The notes under the pieces are model-generated. The model was not told where the DNA came from and did not search any database. It saw only the letters and a program-made list of their open reading frames with translations. A stretch of DNA of 64,000 bases. Source: Piedraia hortae CBS 480.64. Lineage: Eukaryota. The stretch lies in NCBI GenBank assembly GCA_010093745.1, contig MU005994.1:1-64000 (forward strand), in the 5' to 3' direction. Both the position numbers and the translations under genes were made by a program. Below, one piece after another: positions 45,376-54,988 of the stretch (the first letter of the stretch is position 1; the number at the start of each line of letters is the position of its first letter).

Positions 45376-47322
45376 CTAAGGCATCTGAGGCGGAGGGTAG
45401 TCGTCGCGATGAAGCATTCCGCTGTTCGAGCGAGGATATCTATGTCCGGCTTCTTCGGGTGAGTGCGCATATGCATCGTGTAACTGGTACGGAGGTCTTA
45501 TGGGAGGATGATCCATGGGAGGACGTGGGTGATGGCCCGTTGCGGGGTGCGGAGGTGGTCCCATTGGTCCCATTGGAGCGCGAGGATGACGGTCCATTGG
45601 ACGGTGCGGAAGAAGTCCTCCTGAAGGATGAGGATGATTTCCCATGGAGAGATGCGGAGGGCGATCCATGCCACGGCGATCCATAGGATGGCGATCATTA
45701 GGATGGCGATCGCTAGGACGTGGACGTCCCATCGGATGCCCATGGCTATTGGGATGTCCAGGTCCCATAGAGCGTCCATGGCCACTAGGATGTCCATGTC
45801 CCATAGGATGGCCGTGTCCTAGAGGACGTCCTACAGCAGGCCCCATTGGACGATATCCCGTTGGGCCCGAAGGAGGTCCAGGTGTGAGTGCATCGATGTC
45901 AAATGCCATTGCAATGTTTCGTTGCTGGATAGCCGTGTCTTCCTCATGGGCAGAATCATCAGGCCTGGGCACCTCGTCCTCTTGAGGAGGGAATATATCT
46001 TCGCCGAGGCCAACTTGAAGTCCTTTGTTTTGGGCGACCGTGGAGCCGGCTATGACCGAGAGCAGGGCCTTGAGCGAGGCCCGAGAGACGCATTCCTTGG
46101 GGGATGAGATGACAAGGAAGAAACCACATTTCTTGGAGTTTCCATTTACAGTGGCATCATTCTTCTCAGCTTCGCCATCCTCGTCGTGCTTCTGCTCAAC
46201 AGGCTTGGCGATGCGACCAAGGGTCGCATTGGCAATGGTTTGGATGGTGCAGACAGTTCTGCGGAACGGAGCCACAAGGTCGGCCTTGAAGATGTCATCA
46301 TTTTCTATTTTCTCTGAAGGCGGGAGCGTGACGATGACGCCGACGAGGTCTTCGTTCTTGTTGATTCTACTAGCGGACAAATTCGCGCATTCTGTCGTCT
46401 GTCCAGACTGCTGTCCCGACTGTTGCTGCGGCTGCTGCACCGGATGCTCTTCCGACTGCTGTCCCGATTGCTGCTCTGGCTGCTGTTGCGGCTGTTGCGG
46501 CTGTTGCGGCTGTTGCTGTATCGACTGCTGCTGCTGCTGTGGCTGCGGCTCCGCCTTTTTCTCCAGAGGTTCCTCCTCTTCGTCCTGGAAGTAAACTTCC
46601 AATGAACACTTGAGTCTTCCCATCAGACCCAAAAGGTCCATCTTCATGCTGTTCACCTTGTCCATGAACTTGTTTGAGGTGCGAATGATGATCCTTGACG
46701 GCTGCTGCGTCAAAGGTGAGGAAAGGAGGCTTTCCAGAGTCGCCAGCAGCGACCTATTATCCCACCTCTGCTCGTCCTTGTCGAAGGCAAGACAGATCAA
46801 CAGCGTGCCTGGACCCTCACAGGATTTAGGACATTTCTCGATCGTTTTCTGGACGCGTTTGGCGGCCTCGCCGTTGCGGTAGTTCATGAACGAAGGACGG
46901 GTCATGGCGGGCATGGCGGGGGTCTTGGGCGCCCTAAAGGAGAGTGGCGATGTGGGAGTAGCCGGGCTGGACACGCCCGACGAGGAGGTGGATCTAGAGG
47001 TGTAAAGCATCGGAAGCGGAACATTCGTCTCGAAAGCAGCAGCAACAGCAGCAGCAGCATTAGCGAAGCCATCCAGATCATGGTCGTCGTCGGTCATGGG
47101 ACGTCCGCCCTGATGAGAGTGCTCTCCTACGGAGCCATTCTCAACAGAACGAGTCTCGTCAACAGCGAAGGACTCACCGTGCGACATGTCATACAGGGCT
47201 GTGATATCACGAGGCGGGCCGTCAGCGAAGACTTCGTCAGAAGCCTTGCCATCAGTATTGATGGGCACTTCGTACAGAGTATTGGAGTCCCGTGAGTAGA
47301 CGCTGTTTGCGCGAGAATCCAT
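45376..47322 (-). CDS. Hypothetical protein with poly-Q tract and His/Pro/Met-rich C-terminal repeats
   Basis: 648-codon open frame with natural composition; QQQPQQ tract and repeated GHPMG/RHPMD-like units. No family recognised. Confidence 0.7.
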   Translation of the reverse strand: MDSRANSVYSRDSNTLYEVPINTDGKASDEVFADGPPRDITALYDMSHGESFAVDETRSVENGSVGEHSHQGGRPMTDDDHDLDGFANAAAAVAAAFETNVPLPMLYTSRSTSSSGVSSPATPTSPLSFRAPKTPAMPAMTRPSFMNYRNGEAAKRVQKTIEKCPKSCEGPGTLLICLAFDKDEQRWDNRSLLATLESLLSSPLTQQPSRIIIRTSNKFMDKVNSMKMDLLGLMGRLKCSLEVYFQDEEEEPLEKKAEPQPQQQQQSIQQQPQQPQQPQQQPEQQSGQQSEEHPVQQPQQQSGQQSGQTTECANLSASRINKNEDLVGVIVTLPPSEKIENDDIFKADLVAPFRRTVCTIQTIANATLGRIAKPVEQKHDEDGEAEKNDATVNGNSKKCGFFLVISSPKECVSRASLKALLSVIAGSTVAQNKGLQVGLGEDIFPPQEDEVPRPDDSAHEEDTAIQQRNIAMAFDIDALTPGPPSGPTGYRPMGPAVGRPLGHGHPMGHGHPSGHGRSMGPGHPNSHGHPMGRPRPSDRHPNDRHPMDRRGMDRPPHLSMGNHPHPSGGLLPHRPMDRHPRAPMGPMGPPPHPATGHHPRPPMDHPPIRPPYQLHDAYAHSPEEAGHRYPRSNSGMLHRDDYPPPQMP

Positions 47323-47401
47323 TGTGCAAGCTGTGCAGAATTCGACAACAATAGGGACAATGGGGGTAGCATGACGCGTACGATACCGTCGAAAAAACTA
47401 C

Positions 47402-48793
47402 TTACTTTTCCGAATACTTTGGCGGAGCACCCCCAACGGGACGGTATTCACCTGTGGTGGGAGCATAACCCCCTGATGGAGCTCCACTGGCCCCGGCTTT
47501 CGTTTGCTCCATCCGCCGTCGATCTTCGTCAGGGATTACCCCGCCATCTCCACCTCCAACCACAACCTCCCCGCCCCCACGCACACGGCCAACCACCATG
47601 CCCTTGGCCACCGACTTGATGACTGCGCGACGAGAGACGCCGGTGACGTCAATGTAGACAAGTCCCACGTTTTTGATCCCCCCAGCAAGATCGGCTGCAA
47701 GAGACCCGGCCTCGCTGCCCCAACGGTGGCCGACGACGGTTGTAGCCGCTTGGCCGCTAGTTGTCAGCAAGCTCTTTCCACCGTATGCAATGCCATCGGC
47801 AATGGTCGAAAAGGCAATCATGCTCTTGTTCAGCAGGCCAGGCTTATACTCGTCAGCCGGTAGCGGCTGGTTCTTCTCGTCGAAGCCTTTGTGCGGCCGC
47901 ACTTTGGTACGTCCCGTGAAGCGTGCTGCGGCATTCTGAGCAAGCTGAGCAGCCTGGCCAACGGTGCGAGAGGACAGTCCGGCTGCATTCTGGGTGAGAT
48001 TGTTAATCTTGCGCACACGGTCATGAGTTGCAGGGGTGAATTCCAAAGGCTTGGCTGGTTTTGTCTTCTGAGTGAAGCTTTCGGCACCAGAGGTGAGTAT
48101 CTGTCCCAATTTGGAGCTTCCGGTGACGATCAGACGGGATGCTGCCGCAGCTTCCTTAACAATGGTGCTGTTCTTGTAGGCGGGGTGGTTAGCCATGCGA
48201 AGATACTCCTCGGAGGCAGGAGCAACGTGAATTTGCTTTCCATCCGGGCTGACTTCAACCTCGACGGGCGTTTTGGAGCCGGCATGGAGCCTGGGATCTT
48301 CTACGATGGTGGCATTCTCTCCAAGTTCACCAACAACGCTTCCATCGTCTTCGTCAATCAGCACGATCTGGCCAGGCCTGCCCTTGCCGGGCGTCTCATG
48401 GCTTTTCCCTGTAGGGGGTTTGGCCTTTTCCATAAAAGCCGTACATTGAGCCAGGATGGTCTCAAACGTGTCTACCTCGTCTTGAGTTACGCCCTTTCCC
48501 ACTGGTGGGAATTGGATGCGAGTAAAAGCGCCCTGTTCCATGTCCCATCGTGGGATGAGATAGGAATTCGGGGGCTGATGGTAGATTTGCGTAGTAGCCG
48601 GCAACGGAAGATCCAACTCCGGGGGAAGATTGAGATGGAGGTAGAAGTCTTCCTCACCTTCTGCGGTACCAGTTGGGACCATTAACAGACTCAGAGTCTG
48701 CGCACCGGAGGGAGTGATGCATGATTCCGAGCCGTTTTGAAGGTGGTATCCCCTGATGTTGGGGACAGTGAAGAGCACCTTTGGTTGAGTCAT
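47402..48793 (-). CDS. Spartin/senescence-domain protein
   Basis: EDFYLHLNLPPELDLPLPATTQIY, GQIVLIDEDDGSVVGEL, and senescence domain VVGHRWGSEAG..NVGLVYIDVTGVSRRAVIK. ATG at 48793. Confidence 0.88.
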   Translation of the reverse strand: MTQPKVLFTVPNIRGYHLQNGSESCITPSGAQTLSLLMVPTGTAEGEEDFYLHLNLPPELDLPLPATTQIYHQPPNSYLIPRWDMEQGAFTRIQFPPVGKGVTQDEVDTFETILAQCTAFMEKAKPPTGKSHETPGKGRPGQIVLIDEDDGSVVGELGENATIVEDPRLHAGSKTPVEVEVSPDGKQIHVAPASEEYLRMANHPAYKNSTIVKEAAAASRLIVTGSSKLGQILTSGAESFTQKTKPAKPLEFTPATHDRVRKINNLTQNAAGLSSRTVGQAAQLAQNAAARFTGRTKVRPHKGFDEKNQPLPADEYKPGLLNKSMIAFSTIADGIAYGGKSLLTTSGQAATTVVGHRWGSEAGSLAADLAGGIKNVGLVYIDVTGVSRRAVIKSVAKGMVVGRVRGGGEVVVGGGDGGVIPDEDRRRMEQTKAGASGAPSGGYAPTTGEYRPVGGAPPKYSEK

Positions 48794-49518
48794 TTTGGGC
48801 AAACAAACTGAACAAGTCTCTTCTCTACATACAGTCTACATCTTGCCCGAGCCACTCCGCCACCGGTGACGTCGGCGTACCCCTCATCCTATGACGTAGG
48901 TGGGGGATTTATTGCCGCCGCCTGCGCTGACAGGGGGAGGTTGGGGGGTGCGGGGGAATTAGACGCCGGCAGATCTGCATCCAGAACAGAGGGCGATTGA
49001 AGTCAATATGCCAGGCACATGCCAGGCGCAATCGATCAAATCGTTGAGATGAGTCGTGACACCCAACGTCCTGTCCATTCCGTCGTGTCTCTTGACGGCC
49101 CGGCCCATGCCGCTGTCCAAGAAGTGATGGAGATTGCCAACATCTGGCAGATCACCAGCAACTCTTCCAACGTCATCAGGCAAATGGTAGAACATACGTA
49201 AATTGGCGTGCAGCTGAGCAGAGAATTGGAACCGTGAATCAGCAATAAAGTCACACAAACTGCAGCATTGCATACCGCGTAGAGTCACAGTGACACGGGG
49301 TGGGCTGGGCAGATCAAACTGGCGCCTGCGTAGACCTGTAACATGGCGGAGACAATTCAATCGCTCTTGGACCGCCGTGCATCTGCCCAAGCGCGCGCCT
49401 CCACCTGCTGCTGTGGCAACGCCTCGTGCGTTTTCAGGTCGCACAATCAAACGGCGCTAGATTCTTTGGCGCTCGACGCGCAAACGGCTGCGCGACTGGG
49501 TCAGGTATAGCATCAATC

Positions 49519-50838
49519 ATGGACCAGCAGAAGCGACGCAGTACCGAGAGTTCGCTAATCTTCTCGCTGCAGGCTCTGTTGATCCGACACGAGACTTATA
49601 TTGCCGATTCGGAGCGCGAGCGCAAGGCCATGGTGAAGCGCATTGACAGTCTGGAAGAGGACAAGCGCGCGTTGGAGGAGACGAATTCCGCGGCGATCAA
49701 GGAGAACAGTAAGCTGTTGGACCAGCTGGAGGCCGTTAACAACGCCGTAATATTGTCGGACGCGAAGGTCTCCAGTCTTCAGGCCACGTTGAAGGATACG
49801 CGCGAGGAAGTCGCCAAGTTGACCCAACTCGCCGTGCGCGCTGAGCGGTTGGAGCTGCAGCTGCAGGATTATGAGGCCGAGCAGGCGCAGTGGAGGAGCA
49901 ATCTGGCGGCGAGCGAAGAGGCAGAGAAGGCGGCCGTTCGGAGGTGGAGGCAGGCTGAGCGCATGCTGGGCAACATGCAGGATCAGATTGAGCGTGTGGA
50001 GCGGGAGGCCAAGGAGGAAAGCGAAGCCCAAGCCGAAGCCGTCAGACGCGCAGAGAGGAAGAAGGCGGTTGAGACGAGGGTAAAATCGTCTGGGAGGACT
50101 GTCTCTCCACTTATCCGAGACATTCTCCAAGACAACACCAACCTCCAAGTCAGTGTCATGGAGTTGCGCAACATGCTGCGGAGTTCACACGAAGAAATGG
50201 AAAGTCTGCGACGGCAGCTGCAGATCCGGCCACCGTCTCCAGAACCCGTCAGTTTGAAGACCGAGATTAAGAGGGCAGCGTGTCAGGAACTGCATGTACA
50301 CCATCATTACCATCGTGGCAATCAAAGAAGTCTACGACGAAAGAAGAAGCGACCCGGGGGAACTGCTGTGCAACCGGTGGAACCATGCGTGTCTACGTCA
50401 ACTGAGACATCTCCTTCTACGCTCCATCCATCGCTGTTTGACGGTGAGGAGAACAGCCACCAGTCTCGACCAACGACTCCTGGAAGTGAAGCAGAAGCGG
50501 AAAAGAAGGGAGGCAATTACACACCCGTGCAACTCGTACTGGGAGCAACCAAAGCGACAGTGAGCGATGCCTGTGCGTTCGCCAAGCCCTCAATTTCCAA
50601 GCCAGGGGGAATATCCGGGGTGGAGCTGTTGAGTAGCCTCCCAGCCAAACCTTTGCCCGCGCCACAGAGAGACAAAACGCCGGCAAAAAAGAGAAACAAG
50701 TCTACAACAAGACCCTCTGGCGTGAATCAAAGTGGTCCTCTGCCCGTCCTCCTGCCTATGCCCGCACCCATCTGTGCACCCATGTTGCAAAACCTCAACA
50801 CCGAGGAACTGCAACGTGCACTGATAGACGATGTATAA
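49519..50838 (+). CDS. Conserved-type fungal coiled-coil protein of unknown function
   Basis: Long heptad region (LLDQLEAVNNAV..., ILQDNTNLQVSVMELRNML) and ELHVHHHYH motif. ATG at 49519. Confidence 0.75.
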   Translation: MDQQKRRSTESSLIFSLQALLIRHETYIADSERERKAMVKRIDSLEEDKRALEETNSAAIKENSKLLDQLEAVNNAVILSDAKVSSLQATLKDTREEVAKLTQLAVRAERLELQLQDYEAEQAQWRSNLAASEEAEKAAVRRWRQAERMLGNMQDQIERVEREAKEESEAQAEAVRRAERKKAVETRVKSSGRTVSPLIRDILQDNTNLQVSVMELRNMLRSSHEEMESLRRQLQIRPPSPEPVSLKTEIKRAACQELHVHHHYHRGNQRSLRRKKKRPGGTAVQPVEPCVSTSTETSPSTLHPSLFDGEENSHQSRPTTPGSEAEAEKKGGNYTPVQLVLGATKATVSDACAFAKPSISKPGGISGVELLSSLPAKPLPAPQRDKTPAKKRNKSTTRPSGVNQSGPLPVLLPMPAPICAPMLQNLNTEELQRALIDDV

Positions 50839-50952
50839 TGAAGCATTACGATAGCCATGACCGTATACGAGACCATCACCGTACTGCATCCCTCTTACAC
50901 CATACCCCCCCCCCCCCCCCCCCCCCCAACCCATTACCCATGCACGCTTTCA

Positions 50953-52224
50953 TCAACACCCCGTCCCCGGAAACGCCGCATTCCTACTCAACACAACCAT
51001 TCCCCTCTCTCTGGCAATATACCCCTTCACCAAATCCCTATAAATCAAATTCGCCAGTAAACACTCAACCTCATCCCCATCTCTCCCATCAAAACCCGCC
51101 TTTCCCGCCCCTCTAACCCTCAACGCGGCCCCAAACTCCGTCAGCGGAACCCTGGTCCTTCTCTCCCCGTTTTCCAGCCTCGGCGCAGCCAAAAACACCC
51201 TGCGACACAAGTTCCTCAGGAGGACATACTTGGCCCTCTCCAACGTCAAATGCAGCCTCTGCTTCACAAAAACTTCTTCCCCTCTCTCCAGCGCAGCCTC
51301 AAACCCCGCGGGATCCGCGTTCCGAACTGCATCGCACACCGGGCCGAAGAGGCCCTCCAAAAACTGACTCTGCGCGAGCAGGCGCTTGCTAGGGATGCGA
51401 TGCGATGTCAACAACCTCGTCGGGATGAGGTACATTAGTATTAGGTCCAGGTTACGGGTTGATGTGGAAAGACACTTTGCGTGTGCTTCGCTGAGGTATT
51501 TGTCCGCGAGAGGGTAGTCTTCACTTAGGAAGGCGAGGACGCCGGTGTAGTAGTTGTAGGTAACTTGGTGGGATTTGGGGAAGGCGGATAGAGGGGGGAG
51601 TTCGTCTGCTTGGACGGCGATGGAACGGAGGATGTTTTTGCAGAGACTGATTCTGTTGAGGCGGAAGTAGATTTTAAAGAGAAGGTTTGCGAGGTTGTAG
51701 AGCGCCCATTTGCGGGAGGAGGAGATGCGGCTGTCGTCGCTCAGGCACAGGGAGAAGAGGCGGTTGATTTGCCGCGCGCAGTCTTCGAGGTTTTGGTTGG
51801 GGAGGGATGCTTCGCTTGGGGATTCGGGGAGGATGAGTGCGGTGGTGGGCGCGTGGGTGTCTGCGAAGAGGGCGAGGCGGCGGAGGGTTTCACCTGCGGT
51901 GTAGAGGCATGGTATGGTCCAGGCTTGGAGGGCGTTGTTGGAATAACCCCTGTGAAGGGCGCTGACGACGTCTTTGTAGGCTTTGTAGCGGGTTGTAGGG
52001 TTGGAAGGGGCTTGGGAGAAGGTGTGGCATGCGGTTAGGATGTCGGTCCAGGCGGATACGACGGTGTAGCCTCGCAGACATTGGCTTAGGTTGGCGTTGA
52101 GGGTTTGCAGGAAGTTGGGGTGGGATTTTAGTTGGCTGATGGCCGTTGAACTGATGGTCGTGGCCAGAAGACAGCCATCTTTGTTGCTCTGCGCTCGGTA
52201 GAAACTCGCCCAGAAGGTGTCCAT
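50953..52224 (-). CDS. CSN12: PCI-domain protein Csn12 (PCID2 family), intronless
   Basis: SRKWALYNLANLLFKIYFRLN, FPKSHQVTYNYYTG, DEVECLLANLIY..KGYIARERGMVVLS..FP. Confidence 0.9.
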   Translation of the reverse strand: MDTFWASFYRAQSNKDGCLLATTISSTAISQLKSHPNFLQTLNANLSQCLRGYTVVSAWTDILTACHTFSQAPSNPTTRYKAYKDVVSALHRGYSNNALQAWTIPCLYTAGETLRRLALFADTHAPTTALILPESPSEASLPNQNLEDCARQINRLFSLCLSDDSRISSSRKWALYNLANLLFKIYFRLNRISLCKNILRSIAVQADELPPLSAFPKSHQVTYNYYTGVLAFLSEDYPLADKYLSEAHAKCLSTSTRNLDLILMYLIPTRLLTSHRIPSKRLLAQSQFLEGLFGPVCDAVRNADPAGFEAALERGEEVFVKQRLHLTLERAKYVLLRNLCRRVFLAAPRLENGERRTRVPLTEFGAALRVRGAGKAGFDGRDGDEVECLLANLIYRDLVKGYIARERGMVVLSRNAAFPGTGC

Positions 52225-52297
52225 TGTTGTACTGATACGGGAAAATGTTGGCTGCCTGTTGCTATGCGGAGGTGTTCCGCGCCTATATCATATGGCT

Positions 52298-53593
52298 CTA
52301 CCTAGCAGTGAACCCCCCTATCCCCTCTTCATATCTACTCAAATCATACTCTCCCGGATACCTCTTCACCACATCCTTCAGCTCCTCCAGCTGCTGTATC
52401 TGCTCCTCCGTAAATTCCTCATATACATCTGTCATCATCTCCCTCACAGGCGGATGTCTTGCTTTCTCCGCCCTTCTATACGCCTCCAGAACCTCCTTCT
52501 TCGTCCCCTTTCGAAGCTCCTCTTCCTTTCCATCGTCCCACAACCCCTGCGCCTGCAGATACTTTCGCAACCTCGCAATCGGGTTGTCCCTTCTCCTCCA
52601 CTCCTCAACCTCAACCTTTGCCCTGTAGGCAAACGAATCGTCCGAAGTAGAATGATGAGCAACGCGGTAAGACATAGCCTCGATAAGCACCGGCTTCCCC
52701 GAGTCTTGCAGGGCGAGCTCCCTCGCCTTCAGCGTAGCTTCCCTCACAGCAAGAACATCATTCCCATCCACGCGAAGCGTCTCTACCCCGTACCCAACGC
52801 CTCGTGAAGCAATCCCATCGCCACGATACTGCTCCAGCGTAGGCGTCGAGATCGCAAACCCATTATTCCTGCAAATCCAAATAACCGGACAAGAGCGAGT
52901 AGCAGCAATGTTGAGTGCGGCATGGAAATCGCCCTCAGACGCAGCTCCCTCGCCAAAGTAACACGCCACTACCCTCTGATTCTGATCCGCATTCGCATTC
53001 GCCAACTTGACCGCGTACGCCGCGCCAGCTGCGTGAGGCAGCTGTGTCGCCAGCGGCGAGGAGATAGTGAATATATTCCCCTTCCTTGAGCCATAATGCA
53101 CAGGCATGTTCCTTCCCCGTCCACTATCCGCGGCCGTTGCGAATAGCTGTGCCATGAACTCATCTGCGGTGAAGCCGCGGTAGCGAAACACGCCTGGCTC
53201 GCGATACTGTGCGAAGATTGGATCAGCGGCGGAGAGTGCCGATGCGCTGCCCACGGCAATTCCCTCCTCGCCGGCACTAACCATGTAGAAAGATATGCGA
53301 CCTTGTCGTTGGGCGTCAAACATGAGCACGTCTAATACGGAAATAAAGACCATGTCTCTGTACATCCTCAGGAGCTCGTCGGTGGGGATGCCGATGGGGT
53401 GGGAAGGCATGCCATCTTGGTCGAGGACGCGATAGGTTGGCATCGAGGTGCTATCGTTTGGGTTGGCGAATCTCAGGGTATTCGTAAATGCGCTGTTGAC
53501 AGCGCCGGGGAAGTTGATGCCCGTGGCGCCAGGGCGTTGGGATATGCTGCTGGCCCATCTTCTGGAGATGCTGCGAAGAAGGTAGCGGGACAT
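52298..53593 (-). CDS. Branched-chain 2-oxoacid dehydrogenase E1 alpha subunit, mitochondrial
   Basis: QRQGRISFYM, GRNMPVHYGS, TPP-binding GEGAASEGDFHAALN...NN, YRVAHHSTSDDSFAYR; N-terminal presequence. Confidence 0.95.
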   Translation of the reverse strand: MSRYLLRSISRRWASSISQRPGATGINFPGAVNSAFTNTLRFANPNDSTSMPTYRVLDQDGMPSHPIGIPTDELLRMYRDMVFISVLDVLMFDAQRQGRISFYMVSAGEEGIAVGSASALSAADPIFAQYREPGVFRYRGFTADEFMAQLFATAADSGRGRNMPVHYGSRKGNIFTISSPLATQLPHAAGAAYAVKLANANADQNQRVVACYFGEGAASEGDFHAALNIAATRSCPVIWICRNNGFAISTPTLEQYRGDGIASRGVGYGVETLRVDGNDVLAVREATLKARELALQDSGKPVLIEAMSYRVAHHSTSDDSFAYRAKVEVEEWRRRDNPIARLRKYLQAQGLWDDGKEEELRKGTKKEVLEAYRRAEKARHPPVREMMTDVYEEFTEEQIQQLEELKDVVKRYPGEYDLSRYEEGIGGFTAR

Positions 53594-54025
53594 GGTCGCT
53601 GAGGTGGCATTGTGCGCGGGTCTTCAGGAGTTCTCAGTGGACTGTCGGCTAGTCGAGGTTTAGCGTGTGGGGAACGCAGGGGCGGACGTGACATTTAGTC
53701 ACCATTTGGTCTGATCAATAGCGTGCGCAGTTTCATCTCAAAGGGGCAGCGCAAAATGGTTTCAATACTCTAGATGGCAGACTTAGGCAAAGGTTCACAC
53801 GGTCTGACACTTCCATCATGCCATTCGTAGCAAAGTCAAATCAACTCCGACTTCCATGGCCCGCGTCATGCTATCTAGATGAGCCAGCACCTTTTGTGAT
53901 GGCCGATAGTGATGATGCGATGAAGGGATATGGAGCTCACTTAACTAGTTGAAGGATGTATCACGTGATGACCACAAACCGTGTTTAGCCACGTGACCTC
54001 GGCACGGCCCGCTCGGCACGGCCCG

Positions 54026-54805
54026 TAAAACCCTACAACGCTGAGACAGTTGCCCTTTTGGCCTTAACGCGTTGTTCTAGTCTTTTAGGCAATATAGAGT
54101 AGCGCATACCGTTTAGCTCCGTCATTTATGCCCTCCGGCCTCTCGGGCCTGACATCTCATGTATGTAGCATAGATGACTATACAATTATTCGCGTCTCAG
54201 TGTACTCACACTATCAGTTCGTCCCCATCAACTGGACTGGAGAAGGCGCCATGCTGACGCATATCCCGCCGCGTCATGATCGCTGGCTGGTTTAAGGCTC
54301 ACCAGGTAGCTCTCAAGCAACAATAGCATGGTGGAGGCGAGCCTTGTCCACTGTCATCCAATTTACAGCCCTCTTTCCTCTCTTAACTTTCCAGCCGCTT
54401 TCCTACAATTGCGCATACCTGATGTCGCCGTCTTTGATACAAGGTCAGATTATGGAAGGGCTGTGCTGCAAAGCTGAAGTCTTACAACTACATTAAGGTC
54501 GACGTCTGTGAGGACAGTCAGCAATAGTCCACAAGTAGCATGACAAGTGTAATGATTGTAAATCAGAAACAGCCTCTACGTTTTCGCAGCACGTGCCTTG
54601 GCATCTGAGTGAGCTGGGTTGCGATAGAGTTGTCATCATTTGAGGAGGAAAGGAGAGTGAAATTACCTGGTGGCATTTGACGGTCTTGCAACAAGGCACT
54701 CCAGGGCTAGACGGAGTGGTGCCCTTGATGCATTGTAGTACCTTTTGGCCATGATCAGTATTCCAGCACATCATTTACAGCGCATCGAGAGCCATCAATC
54801 GATGT
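54026..54805 (+). ncRNA. Candidate structured non-coding RNA; identity, strand and limits uncertain
   Basis: No credible ORF. Successive 8-11 bp helices: 54038-47/54194-203, 54069-79/54095-105, 54121-31/54168-78, 54247-55/54325-33, 54365-72/54457-64, plus a long hairpin 54687-54732. G-U pairs favour the + strand. Confidence 0.4.
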
Positions 54806-54988
54806 TAAGAAAGGTTCTTTTTCGGGGAGATTGTCTGACGTCGACAGCGCTTAGTCATCGAGTCGCATGCTGAGTCAGCGCGTCTTGGCACAGCACACCT
54901 CTTTTTGTTGCACCCGCCTCACGTACGCACCAACAGCGTAACTGTAAGTACTCCAAGGCGCATTATAGCCTTCGCTAACACTGCTCAG

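Noticed and set aside
46025..46594. Cys-rich metallothionein-like ORF on the + strand
   Set aside because: Antisense shadow of the CAG/CAA poly-Q tract of the minus-strand gene.
54661..54672. U1 snRNA 5' end (ATTACCTGG)
   Set aside because: Lacks ACTTACC, the U1-70K loop, the U1A loop and an Sm site.
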